From: the human T2T-CHM13v2.0 reference genome, Homo sapiens
NCBI RefSeq assembly: GCF_009914755.1
Contig: NC_060930.1
Direction: 5' to 3' (one strand)
DNA length: 64,000 nucleotides
The translations under genes and the position numbers were made by a program. Within the stretch, counting starts at the first letter, position 1, and every line of letters begins with the position of its first letter. The notes under the pieces were generated by a model, which was not told where the DNA came from, ran no database searches, and saw nothing but the letters and a program-made list of their open reading frames with translations. Shown in pieces: positions 25,021 to 39,369 of the stretch.

Positions 25021-27981
25021 GGGGAGCGGGGAGGAAAAGAGAGTGCCCAGGAGTGGTGTGGGAACCTGGGTTGGAGCAGGAAAGATTGGATAGTCCAAAG
25101 AAGGGATGAAAGTGATGGGAATGTGGGTTGGAGAAGGGGTGATGGTTTAATGAGAGGTGTCTGGGCCTGCTCACCACGCTTTCTCTGTTTGGGTTTGTGA
25201 TCTCCCGTCTTCCCCAACAATGGGCTGGCCTGGGCCACACTACCCTGTGCACACCTGGAAAAGGTAAGCTTCCTTTCAGGGCTAGCTTTCGGATGCAGTC
25301 CTAATCTTCATTTTTGCTTTTGTTGGCAGTGATGCTTTCAGCTGTTCAAAAGAGCAATTTAGTCTCTCCCTCATGCTCCTGGAAGCTTGTTTAGGATATG
25401 TTTCCTGTCAAAGAAGTTATTTTTCATGACTCTAATTTTATGAAGAAATCTGACATTAAGAAAATCTCGGTGCGGAGAGGGTGGTTCTCAGGAGTGGCAG
25501 CCATACAGAGAGCAGCTGCCCGTGGAGCTGCCGCTTCCTGCTGTTGTGTTCAAGAGAGAGCAGCTGCCGGCCTGTCAGCACCCCAGGGAGTGAGGCTCAG
25601 GGCCAGGCTGCCTCCCTCACTGCGTGGGTGGCCGAGATCATGCACACTGTGGCGGGAATAGCAGACTCTGGGGGCTGCTACTTGGACATGCTGGCAGTTC
25701 CCAGCTTATGTTTCAGCAAAGCTTGGAGAGTCATTGCTGGGCTTGGTAATGGGGACAACACAGAACACTTCCCTAGCACTGCCGTATGTTTGTTGTTGGT
25801 CTTTGTGCATCTGATGGCCTAAGCTGATTAATTTGAGGCTTGCATGAAAAAATAATGCCTTGTGGACTTTTTCAAGGGCACTAGGTGACTGCTTTAAAGA
25901 AGAGGTCAGAGGTTCTGTCCTCCAAAGCTATCTTTGGGATTCAAGAAGTGAGAGGAAAGAGGCAGTGGAGACAAATGCCCCTCCTTTTGTTTGAAGGCTA
26001 CCCAGGCAACTGGTGGCTGCCTGGGGAGAGCTGGTGTCACATTTCATTCTGCAGAATGAGAACCTCCTGTAGGCTGGCTCTGGTATTCACTCATTCTTGT
26101 CTCTCAGTGTTTGTCAGAGCTTTGCTCCTCTCTTCCCACCTTCAGGACTTTTGCACATGTAGCTTTCATTACCCTTTGGTAATGCCCTTTAGTAATCCAT
26201 CCCTAAATAGTTCGTTTAGATGAAAGGGAATAGTGTAAGGGGGAGTAAAAGAAGGCATGTCTCTATTGTAGGGTGGGTGGTTGATATTCCTTACAGTTAA
26301 CTCTTACACACTGACCGGCCCCATGAGGGTGGTGTTACTGCTGCTTTCTGACTGGTCTTGTGGAACCTGGTAGCCACAAATGGGGGTCCCCACCGTGTGC
26401 TGACATTGAGAACTGCGTGGCCGTGGGAGAACAGCTCTCGGTTCTGTGGTGTGCTGAATAGACGACACCCTCCATCTTTATTTTCTTTATTCCTTTAAGT
26501 ACTTTTCCCTATTTTTCTATTCCAGATGAAGTTTAGTCCCTCCCTCTGCTCTGCTATTATAGTAGCTGTAATGTTGATTTCTACTAAAAATGATATGATC
26601 AAACCAGACTTCATCTTATTTTCCTTAATAAAAAAAGGAGAGAAAGATTATCATTTTATTTTTGAGTTGGTAGAATAGCATGAATCCCAGGATGTAAATG
26701 TTGATCATTTTAACTTTTAAATGATCTAAATGCCTTTAAGTAATTTTTTGTCATAGTTTTATTTATTTGTCTAGGCACCGTGGCTCACAGTTGTAATCCC
26801 AACACTCTGGAGGCTGAGGCAGGTAGATTGCTTGAATCAATCAATTAACACTTGGTGCATTTGATAAGAATTGGCTGACCAGGGAGTTGGGTGTGTCTGA
26901 AGAACAAAGCGAGGCTTTTCTATTCAAGATCAGCATTTCTAATTAATAATAGTTGTGCTGCCTGCTAATATTTTTCTTAATTTTTCATGCAACATCACAT
27001 TTAACTTTTATGGCAACTCCATGAAGTGGGTACTATAATCATCTTCATGTTACTAGTGGGAAAACTGAAGCTCAGATTTTTCAGGGCTCTAGAGCAGGGA
27101 TTGGCAAACTTTTTCTATAAAATACCAGAAAGTAAATATTTTAGGCTTTTTGGGCCCATCCTTTGAACAGTATGATGATGTGGGGTTGGAGTCTTTTTTT
27201 GTGGAGTCCATGTCTGGGATGGGAAAGAAGGGGTAAGGGAAAGGGGAGAGTGATGCAGAAGTGGGGTGGAAGGGTGGTGGTGATTTTGCCTCAGCTTCCC
27301 TGAGGATTGTGCCCTGGAGGCAGTGGGGACGGATGCGGGCGAAAGAAACCTCAGAAAGCTCTTGAAGTGGGGCTGCTTCAAGAATCTTGAAGCTCAAGAT
27401 GACTGGTGACTGCTCAGTGAATCTTTGTTACCGCTGACATTTCATTCAGATTTTCCCTTATGTTACTGCTATTTGTCACTTTGTCTTCCTTTCTCCATTA
27501 TAAGGGAAGGTCTGTGGAGTACTGATCTGTCTCAGGCATCTCTGCCCACCCCACAGTGTGCGGTGTCTTGCACACAGTAGGTGCTCAAACACAGTTATTG
27601 AACACAGGCTGCATTGACTTATCACCTTCGGTATCCGTGCTGCGCAGTGCAACCATCTTCTCCCAAAGAAGTCAGGATTTTTTGGTCTAAAATAGTCACA
27701 GTTAACAAAGATACTTGGGAAATCCTGAAAATATCATAAATTTCAGGAGTAAGCAGTTGGACAAGTTGTGGACTTCTGTTGAGTATCTTCTGCAAGATCC
27801 ACTATGCAACTTTTGCTGCCTGTTTTTCTTTATTCACTCCATTTTATTAAACTTAGTTTCCTCCAAACCCACTGGAAGCAAGAAAAGCAAACAAACAAAA
27901 CCTTAGGTTGCTCATCTCCATTGTTGCATAGTAGGTGTTGAATGGATACCTACTGAGCTAGTTCATTTCTGATACTAATTT

Positions 27982-28177
27982 GATTACTTCTCCTGAACAT
28001 TCTTTCTTCTTACAGAACTCTCTGTCCTCTACCTCCCAAATCCCACAAAACATCTCGCCTCCACACATAGGCTGATTGCTTGGGAATGGTACAGGAGGCC
28101 CTTGGTGATTCTAATTGATGAAAGACTAAAAAATTCCCTTATAGGGGAACATAAATCAATGTCAATCTGAGATTGAG
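27982..28177 (+). repeat. Copy 1 of a ~196-bp local direct duplication (intron 1)
   Basis: GATTACTTCTCCTGA...CTGAGATTGAG, ~94% identical to 28803-29000 by manual alignment. Confidence 0.95.
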
Positions 28178-28609
28178 TAATACATCAAATTAGTATCAGC
28201 AATGAACTAGTTTCAGCAGGCTCTTTACATACTCTTGCAGGTATAGGTGCTGAGGCTGAAGCTGTAAGCTCAGAGATTTTGACATACTCTTTCCCTCCTT
28301 TCCTTCTTTCCTTCATCAGTTACTGAACATTTGTTATGTGCCAGGCATTGGGTTAAGTTCAAAAAAATATACAGTGTCTGATTTCAAATACATTATTCCA
28401 CTCTAGTGGCAAGAGAAAAGGAAGTAGTGGCCACATGATATGAGGTGTGAGCAGCTGGTAAGAACCTCTCCTGGCCTAGGAGGTAAGACCTCCTCAAGGG
28501 GTTTGCTGCCAAACTCCTGAATGCGATCAAGAGTAATTAAGGTAACTGTGCAGCTCTGGATGAATTAACAGGTTCTGCGCTTGACTTTCTCCATTTGTGC
28601 AGGTCGGAG

Positions 28610-28736
28610 ATGTCCGCCCAGAGGTTAATTTCTAACAGAACCTCCCAGCAATCGGCATCTAATTCTGATTACACCTGGGAATATGAATATTATGAGATTG
28701 GACCAGTTTCCTTTGAAGGACTGAAGGCTCATAAAT
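28610..28736 (+). CDS. MRAP2: MRAP2 coding exon 2 (exon starts 28603): MSAQRLISNRTSQQSASNSDYTWEYEYYEIGPVSFEGLKAHK
   Basis: Acceptor TTTGTGCAG|GTCGGAGATG, donor AAT|GTAAGT; NRT sequon, YEYY motif, LKAHK. Confidence 0.97.
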
Positions 28737-28802
28737 GTAAGTTTTATACAATTCCTCATTGAAAGCATAATTGTATTTCTCTTAACCTGTGAAATCCCCA
28801 AG

Positions 28803-29000
28803 GATTACTTCTCCTGAGCATTCTTTCTTCTTTACAGAACTCTCTGTCCTCTACCTCCCAAATTCTACAAAACATCTCGCCTCCACACATAGGCTGATTG
28901 CTCAGGAATGGTACAGGAGGGCCTTGGTGATTCTAATTGATGAAAGACTAAAAAATTCCCATAGTAGGAGAACATGAATCAATGTCAAGCTGAGATTGAG
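28803..29000 (+). repeat. Copy 2 of the ~196-bp local direct duplication (intron 2)
   Basis: Matches 27982-28177 with ~12 differences. Confidence 0.95.
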
Positions 29001-30904
29001 AATTTTTAAAAAGCATTTGCTTTTTTAGCTCCTCCAAACTGTGAATGTTTGAACTATCAAAAATATGTATAAAAATAGGATCTGGAACTGTTATTTGAAG
29101 AACCTTCTTTTGTAACACAGCAGCATCTTTTCATCCCAGTTGGTTTCCTGGAGCTGTGGAGAGCAGTGTATCCATGTGTGCTCATAATGATGGACCAGAA
29201 TAGCCTGCGATCATTTCTAACACTGTGTTCTAGGCATGAATTGTGTTTCATGCTATTGGAGTAATTAAGGGTCCAGCACAGAGCAAGGAAATGTAATTCT
29301 GTGAGACGTTGCTACTCAACTCCAGTCATAACTGAATGCTGACTGGCCAGCATGGAACATCCTTGCTTCATTAGGTAGAGTTAACAGTTAACATGGTAGG
29401 CAGGAACTGCTGCCCAGTCTCAGATCCTGTCTTGGTAACCCCGTAAATATCCCTGAAATGTTCACTTTTGTCAGAGTGAATTATCCACAGCACTGTAAAA
29501 TTTTTATGCTCTTAACTGGTCCAGGTTAGTGGGACACATTAGGAAATATAAGAGGGCTTAGAATCAGAGAAACAAATGTAGCAAAGAAAGTGTTTTTGTT
29601 CCTTTAATTATTTCCTGGCTGCTTCTATCCTGACCTGTCTTGGCATTCATGATCTCTTGCACCAACTTGGTGCTCTTTTGCAAGAAGGGCTTTCTATTTT
29701 TGTTCCTTTAGCAAAAATCATTAATTAAACCATATGTCCTTTACCCCTTAAGTGAGTAGTAATAATTAAATACTTTCATTCATTCCTTTATTGACATCTG
29801 CTCAGTATTTCTTTGTGGAAAAAAAGCACATGGCATTTATCAAGGTATGCTGTCATTGATTATCTGAGAGAAGGCTGTTGGGTGTGAAATCACCTTCTTT
29901 AATTTACTTAAATTCTTTAATATGTTGTTTTTCTAGGATAACCTTTATGTAAGGACAATTGCTTGTTCTGAATTATAGTGGATATCAAAATGACTGGGAA
30001 AATTGCCACATATTTTCTTGAAATGTGGGCTTTTACTGCTTGGTGACATCAACTTTACTTTTGTGTCAGCTTGCTCCTATCTCTTTTCCTTAGTTTAAGA
30101 AGCACAGAAGACAGGCCTGCTGCTGTAATTTTGGTTGGTACATTTCCAGAGACAATTGAATAAAATATTTTTTGAGGATATTACATTCTAGAAATAATTA
30201 TAGCTGGAAAACTTCATGAGAAACATAGGCAGAGGTGTGACTCATTCCTTACTTACTTACTTTACCTACTATACCATTAATAACAATTGCTTTTGTTAAT
30301 TTTAATATTCACGTCAAGATAAAACAAAAATGCCTGAGCACTTACTGTTCTGATATAAGAGAGCTGATAAGTAGCAGCCCTTAGCTTCAGGAACCTGAAA
30401 ATATATGCGACACATTGAGAACAAAAAATAAACAAACACAAAACCCCAGATATACAGGAAAGTGAAAAGATCAAGTCAACTGTTGAAATGTGTGCTCTGG
30501 TACAGTCTCTTTCATTTAAAAATGCTGTGACTCTGACCTTCAAGTATGACTCCTTGTTTTGCTGGGCAAAATTCAAAGCTAATTAGATGCAGATTCAAAA
30601 GAACAGAAGCAGGACATTTCAAGGGGAAGCACTCATTGCGGACAGGAATGACCATAACAGTTATCTTTATTTGCCTTACCTGTAATGGATCACACTTGGC
30701 AACAATAGCTCCATCTTTAGACTGAGTTCCTCTGCTGAAATTAAGATTCCTACCTTCAAAGGGTGTTTCATCTGAGAAGCAACCTCAGATGGTGCTTGAG
30801 AATTCTTTTGCCATCAGTTTTGAATCCAATATTAAACCTTATCATGTATCAGAAGTGGACATGTATCTGATACAGATTTGGCACCAACAAAGTGGAAACC
30901 TATT

Positions 30905-32320
30905 TATTTATTCATTCATTCAATATATATTTATTGAGCACCTGTTATGTGCAGTACTATTTTAAGCACTGGAGAGACAACAGTGAACTGAAAAGACAGA
31001 AATATTTCCTTGTATAGAGCTTGCATTCTAGTGGGAGAGACAGACAATAAATAGTTAAATAGATAATGTCAGATGGCAATATAAAAGGATAAATAGAGTG
31101 GGGGTAAAGGGATGTGGAGTGTGGAGGCGACAGTATAGAATTGCCATCGAAAGCCTTACTGAGAAGGAGAGATTTGATAAAAGACCTGAAGGAAGTGAGA
31201 GATTGAGCTATAATATATCTGGGGGAAGAACATCCCAGAAAAGGATCCTTGGCGGGAGTGAACTGGATCATGCAAGGAGGCCAGCGTGGTACCAGGGGAG
31301 TGATAAGAGGCAGAACAGCAGGAAACGAAGTCAAAGAGGCTGTGGGGACAAGGACATGGGGGGGCCTTAGAGGTCATGCTAAGGACTTTGTTTGGCCTTT
31401 TACTCTGAGAAGTCACTGGAGGGTCTGGAGCAGAGGAGTGCCATCTGGCTTAGGTTTCAACAGATCACTCTGCAACTGCGGAGTGAAAGGCATGAGATTA
31501 GAAGCAGAGACCATTCAGGAGGCTTTTGCCATAGTCCAGGCAGCTGATGATGGTGGCTTGGAGCCAGGTAGGGAGAGTGAAGTGGTGAGAAATGCATACA
31601 TTCTGGATATTTTTAAAAGATGGATCTGGCAAGATTTGTCAATGGATTGGCGGTATGTGTAAGAGAAAGAAGAGTCAAGAATGATTTGAAGATTTATGAC
31701 CTGAGTAACTGGCAGGATGGAATTGCCTTTAACTGAGAGGGGGAAGAGTATGGGAGAAGGAGGTTTCAGAGAGGAACCCCAGGAGCTCTGTTTTGGACCT
31801 GTTAAATTGAGACATCTATCACATATCCAGGAGGACAAGGGAGGAGAGGTGTCGGGGGAAGCCGTAGACTTGAGAGTCATCAGCATGTAAACGGTATGCG
31901 TTCAAAGCCAAGAGGCTGGATAAGTGAGTGTAGACAGAAAACTGAAGAGTCCAATGCTGAGCCCTGGGCACGCTTGTGTTTAGAAGTTGGAGGGTTGCAT
32001 AGCAGCATAGGTGCCTGAGAGGAATGTACAGAAAGTAGGAAGAAAACTGGACAATTGTGGTTTTTTGGACGCCAACTGAAAAAAGGGTTGCAAAGACAGT
32101 CTGTGTCAAATGCTGCTATTAGGTCAAGTTAATTGAAGACTGAGATTTGACCATTGGATTTATAATGTAGAAGTTACTGGCAATGATTTGAAAAGCAGTT
32201 TTAGTGGAATGCTGGGGGTAAAAGGTTGATGGAATTGGTTCAAGAAAAAATGAGAGGAGAGGAATTGGGGACAGCATGTACAGACAAATCTCTCAAGTGT
32301 CTCACTATAAAGGGAAGGAG
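30905..32320 (-). mobile_element. L2 LINE fragment
   Basis: TTCATTCATTCAATATATATTTATTGAGCACC (reverse complement of an L2 3' end) followed by typical purine-rich L2 body. Confidence 0.8.
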
Positions 32321-33913
32321 AGGAATGGGTCATTTATGAAGAGTGTGGCTGGGTGAGACAGGGTGTTCTTAAAGCATCAGAAGCAAAAGCTGATGAGTCA
32401 ATGAGTGGACAATCACATTTTAGCAGGACCACTCTGGCCGCTGTGTTGAGAAAAGACTAAAGGAATAGCCTCTTAATTTGAGCTATCAGTGGTGGCCAAA
32501 TTCATGCTTTTTCGTGTGCCACCTTGCAGATACCAGACCCATGCATGGATGGGTCAGCAAGAAGCCAGGTCATTAGGATGAGAAACAGCTAGAGTTTGCA
32601 AAGGCTTGGAGTAAGATAGTAGAGACAAGTGTGGGAACATCACTGTTGGCTCTTTGCCAGGAATTCATATCACAGAATTGGCCCTACTGCCTTAGGAACA
32701 AAAAGTGGTGTGAGGAAAGTGTCATGAACCTCTCTTTCAAGTGAAGTATTAACCCTTGTTTTTCATATAACCACGAAGTGGAAAGTTCACCATTTATTCT
32801 CAGGAGGTGGAGAGGAGGGTGAGTCGGATGGAGTAGTTAACCTAGTCCTACCCTAGATTGGGAAGGAAAAAAATCATGTCAACTTTCAGCTCTCTTGTTC
32901 CATTCCATTCATTAAAGGTTAGGTTAAGGGGGGTTACTTTATTCTGACGCATTCCATTTGCAATTCCCCTGGGCAATTGTTCTACCCCTTTACAATAGTA
33001 GTCTCTAAGTAGCTCAGTGTCTAGACAGGACAGAGTGTGGTAGCTTGGCGGTGGTGGAAACTCGTTTGGAAGGCTTCTTTTGACTTTCTTAACCATCTAG
33101 CCTCATTGGAGCTTTGCTCTGTATAAAGCTTTATTCTGACTTCTTCCCAGAAAAGGATGCTTTTGGGAAGACAACGGGCTCCACTTTTCCCATCTTACTG
33201 TAGTGCCTATGCCCATGAAACTTACATGTGAATAAAACTTCAGGAGAGTTTGGATATTTCTGGGATGAGATGGGGATCTCTGATGTTTCTTGTAAGAGGC
33301 TCAGGGTGAGAAAATCCCCTGGGGATGGGTCATAGGGCAGAAGATGAGGTTGGGGGAAATTAGTGGAAATAACTTGAGGAAGCTAAATTTTGTTCAAAGG
33401 GAAATGTGAATAAGCAGAGCTACTTAAAGCATATTGCCATGAAAAACATAGATGCCGCATTATTAAGGAAATGTTTGGAAATGCTGTTGGATCATGAGGA
33501 TTCTCAGATTTTACCCACAGCCTGCCTCTCCCCAACTCTGCCGCCACCTGCCTTCTCTGAAGGCTGTAACCCTCCCATGCTTCACATTATTGCTGCTTTT
33601 TGATTATCTCCCTGGGGGTACTTAGAAGGGCAGAGGGAAGGGGGACTGGGCTGGGTTGAGGGCACGCTTTCCTCCACCTCTGGGAGTCAGTCCACCATTT
33701 GCAGTGTGAAAGCTGTCCTTAGGAGAACACCTTCCTAATACACAGATTTGAAAAATGTCAATCAACATGATTCAATTCTAAACCGAAGACTTAAATATAG
33801 CATTGGTGTATAATTTTAGAATTTGCTTTTGCTATGCAGGCAGTTGATAAAGTACAGTGTAGGGAACTGTTATTTATCTGTACAATGTTTCTTCACAGTC
33901 CATGCCTAGATAG

Positions 33914-34289
<376 letters not shown>

Positions 34290-35406
34290 CTTATGTCTTT
34301 TTTTATGCCTCATTTCTACTATATTAAAAGGCAAAGTATACAATTTCTATTTCTTTGGCACTTAAGGTTAGACACATTAGTTTTTCAGAGTGCTGAATAC
34401 ACATTGTTAACCTCTAGGCAATAGTATATGTAGGATGAAAGTATGAATTATGCAGAGTAAATTGTTAATCTGATTTCTTCACTTTGGAAAAAGTGCTACA
34501 TATACATAATTTAATTAGAATAAAGCTTTGCATTTAAACACATTTAATATTTAAGCTCTAATCACTTATTTTTAGAAAATTGCTAAGCATCCTCATTGTA
34601 TTTCCACATAGACAAGCTTCTTAGTGTAGGCCAAAAAATGTAGAATGATTCAACTCTGTTGTGTCCTAGATTTGAGGCCTTATTGTGCAAGTACCAAGTT
34701 CTGTAGACAATCCAATCTAACCCTGGTCCTAGAGATAAAGAATTGTGATTGTTATCCAAGATAGGACCAAGGAGAGCCCTGTTTAGGGAATTACAGACAA
34801 AAATGTTATTGGGTTCAAAGGAGGGAGACAACACATCAATTATGGAAATTAGTTGAGGCTTAGTAGATAGTGTAGCGGATGGACTTGGAAGGATGGATAC
34901 ACTTTCATTAGCTCCACGTTGGGAAAAGTTGTTCCAGCCAGGTAGTGGTAAGAGCCCTGGTAAGGTGTGGCTGTGAGGAAGCTGTGGCTAAGGTAAATAC
35001 AGGGACACAGTGTCCCCTAGTTTGATTGGAAACACATGGCTTTTAAAGTGGTAAATTGGGAGAAAATGACAATTCTAATGACAGTAGCCAGCACCTGTGG
35101 TGTACTGTTTTCTCAGATGTCAGACATTGTATAAAGTGCTTTATGTGTGGAATCTCTTTTACTCTGGAAAAGTGGGTCAGTTCTGTTTTTGTTGGAGAGC
35201 TTTTCATGAAAGAGCAATATCATCAGGGCTGTGATTAAAGCAGGTTTGTACAGAAATAAAGCACAGGGAAAGGCAGAAGGCAGAGAGAGCACTCAAGAGG
35301 CCATCTGTATGTTCTCTGCAAGAAGTAATGAGAGCCTGAATTATCCATGGTGAACGTAAGTGAGAATGCAAAGTTGCTACCTAATTGAGATGCTAACCAA
35401 TTGAGT

Positions 35407-35805
35407 TGTTAAACTAAAATTTGGCCCAAGAAGGCCTCCATTATTTGCATACTTGCATTCTTAGGTATGAGCTGTGACCTAGCTTACTAGGTAAGCAAAC
35501 TGAAAACCTAGCCAATGCTTCTGTAACAATAGCTCAGTCTCAGCTAATCACAGCAGCTACACTTCAGGCACTCCCAGGCAGACAGCTGTTCAAATGGTGT
35601 TCAAATCCAGCTGTTTCCGTACCTTGCTTCTTTTTTCTGTACATCATTTTCCTTTTTCTGTCCCTAAATCTTAACCAACCATGAGGCAGCCCAGAGTCTC
35701 TCTGAATCTATTCTGATTCTGGGAGCTTCCCGGTTCAAGAATTTTGTTTTCCTTGCACAGTTAATATCTGTTAAATTTAATTTGTCTAAAGTTTTTCTTT
35801 TAACA
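35407..35805 (+). mobile_element. ERV1 solo LTR, MER57-like
   Basis: TGTTAAACTAAAATTTGGCCC ... TTAAATTTAATTTGTCTAAAGTTTTTCTTTTAACA termini. Confidence 0.65.
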
Positions 35806-36183
35806 GTAGGAATCCAAATGCACTTAAAACTTGAGTTGATAGTCTGCTAAAAATTTTATTTTCTAACTCAAAACACATTAGTGGAATCTTGAGGTCCTAG
35901 ATAACCTATGCTCTGGTCTAGGTTCCTTCCTTGAGATATGGAAAGCATGAGTCAATGAGGCCTAAATCCCTTCATGCTATCTGAGACAGAAACCTGGAGG
36001 CGGAGCAGACTCTTCCCTCCTCCTCATCCTTTACATCTTATCAGTCTCCAGCCAACTGCGGATCAGACTGTTGACTTCCTTTCATGTTTCATGTACCAAA
36101 GCCTCTCCAAAAAGCTCTGATTCTTGAATGTTCAAGTTTTAAACTACTGTGAAATACTAATCCCAGAATTAACTGTCTTTCAG

Positions 36184-36283
36184 ATTCCATTGTGATTGGA
36201 TTTTGGGTTGGTCTTGCAGTCTTCGTGATTTTTATGTTTTTTGTGCTGACCTTGCTGACCAAGACAGGAGCCCCACACCAAGA
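36184..36283 (+). CDS. MRAP2: MRAP2 coding exon 3 (transmembrane helix): (Y)SIVIGFWVGLAVFVIFMFFVLTLLTKTGAPHQ(D)
   Basis: Acceptor TGTCTTTCAG|AT, donor AGA|GTAAGT; 100 nt, phases compatible with exons 2 and 4. Confidence 0.97.
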
Positions 36284-37056
36284 GTAAGTTTGGGCTGTTC
36301 CTAAATGTCTCTTAAGCCTCACAGGAGACTGAGGAAATAGAAACTACTACCCAGGGCCGGAGGTGCTTCCCGTGGATGAAGAGAAGGGGGTGGTTATAGA
36401 TTTGCTGTCTGGACCCAGATGCCCGTGGATGGGATCCAGCTATTCTCCTGGCTTTTTGTTTCTTGCGTCTTGGGCTTATTTTCAAGTGGACTTTTATGAA
36501 ATTGGGTTTCTTGGTCCTTTCCTACAGTCTTAATGATGATGTGGGCCTGATTTTTACATTGAAATGTTTATTAATTACAATGTATTTTATTCATATTCCC
36601 AAAAGGATTTAGATGATTCACCATATTAAAAACAGTGGAAAAGACAATGGCAAAATAGGATGAAAACCAGTTTTAAAAATTATTTCAAGAAGCAGAGTAA
36701 TAGTTGTTCCTGGATACTCAACTCAATTTAACTATTGACAATGATTAATAAATTTAACAGAGTTTTCTTAAAACTAGGATACAAAGGCAAACACTGTGGT
36801 TTACATAATTCTCATAACATGGTAGGACTTGTGATGATGCTGGACTTTGGATTGATGGAGGAAAGTATTACATGAGTGCTTAAAGAACATTGAGAAACAT
36901 CAAAAAGTATTTGTTCAGTAATGGCTTGTAAAAAATTCAGAAATATATTAAAGGATTTATATATTTTATACCAAATTTTTAATAAAAGGGAAAATAGAGA
37001 ATATTGAATACCTCATTAGTCAGCACCAGCAGGCAACAGTAATTAAAAGAGTTTTT

Positions 37057-37415
<359 letters not shown>

Positions 37416-37683
37416 TCATGCAGGACAGCAGGGCTGGCAACACTGAGGAGCAGCCATCCTAGATCCCAGGAAGCAAGGGGTGGGGCCACAGCTGGAACCC
37501 TGGAGTCTGCTGAGAGGAGTTGTGACTTTGGGCTGAGGGACACAGCTAATCCAGTGTGACCTCTCAGGGAAGGAGCCTCAAAGTTAAGACCAAGACCTCA
37601 GTCTTCTCCCTCCTTCCCATTTCTCACCATTGCTCCCCACTGGCTGAACACAACCAGCAGCCAGAGGCTGCATCAAAGGCTAG

Positions 37684-38077
<394 letters not shown>

Positions 38078-38293
38078 GAATCCTGGCATTTTTATATTCA
38101 GTATCTCATTTTTGCCTCACAGCCTGGCAGCAGCTCTCTTTCATGGTTGTGTCTCGTCACAGCCTCCGGCATCTGTTGTTCACTCTTCAGCCTGCACTTG
38201 AACTATAACAAATGCCTGTGCAAAGGGAACAGTTCTTGCCATCACTCAGCTATTTCTAGATATCAGGGGCTAGGAAGAAAAAAATGTAAACAC

Positions 38294-38590
38294 AGCCAGG
38301 CACGGTGGCTCATGCCCGTAATCCCAACAGTTCTGGAGGTCGAAGTGAGAGGATTGCTTGAGCTGAGGAGTTCGAGAACAGCCTGGGCAACATGGCAAAA
38401 CCCTGTGTCTACAAAAAATACAAAAATCAGCCGGGCATGGTGGTGCACACCTGTAGTCCCAGCTACTCAGGAGGCTAAGGTGGGAGGATCACTTGAACCC
38501 AGGAAGTCAAGGCTGCAGTGAGCTGTGATTGTGCTGCTGCACTGTAGCCTAAATGACAGAGTAAGACCCTGTCTCAAAAAAAAAAAAAAT
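38294..38590 (+). mobile_element. Alu (AluJ-like)
   Basis: Full dimer with GGCTGCAGTGAGCTGTGAT. Confidence 0.9.
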
Positions 38591-38990
38591 TTAAACACAA
38601 ACATTTTAAATGAAAGGAAAATATCATTTTTATTGAAGCATTTGGAGACATATGGCTGAGAATCTATTTAACAACCACTAAAAAGACACAAGCTTTCCTT
38701 TTTCTCTCTTCATGTCATTGTAAATATTCGCACATGCTTCACTTCTATTATATTGGCCCAGCGAATTTGAAAATATGGTGTGGGTTACAAGAGGGTTAAG
38801 AAAAGCCTAGAATAAACTCAGATTAAGGCACAACTCGTAGAGTGGTCAGGGAATAATAATACCCTGTTAATCTTCCTTTTCCTCAGAAGAACCAATGGAG
38901 TTTTGTGGGTTATTGAGATAGATGTGTGTGATGTAGAAGACAGGAGATTTTAGGACTAGGAACACTAGCATGAAATAGAATGTGACTTCC

Positions 38991-39293
38991 TGTGATGGTT
39001 AATTTTATGTGTTAACAATTCTAGATGTTTCTGTGAAGGTATTTCTTAGTTGAGCGTACCATTTATCAGTACTCTTTGGATTAAGCAGATTACCCTCCAT
39101 GCTGTGAGTGGGCCTCATCCAGTCAGTTGAAGGCCTTAAGAGAACAAAGACTGACCTCCTCAAGCCAAAAGGGATTCTACCAGGACACTGCCTTTGGACT
39201 GTCTCCACCCTGCCAGCCTACTCTACATATTTGGGACTTGCTGGTCCCCAAAGTTACATGAGGCAATTCCTTAAAATAAAACTCTCTCTTTAT

Positions 39294-39331
<38 letters not shown>

Positions 39332-39369
39332 TGTGTTGGTTCTGTTTTCTCTGGAGATCCCTGACTAAT
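38991..39369. mobile_element. MLT2 (ERVL) LTR containing a (CA)n tract at ~39296-39330
   Basis: TGTGATGGTTAATTTTATGTGT ... GGTTCTGTTTTCTCTGGAGATCCCTGACTAAT. Confidence 0.8.
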
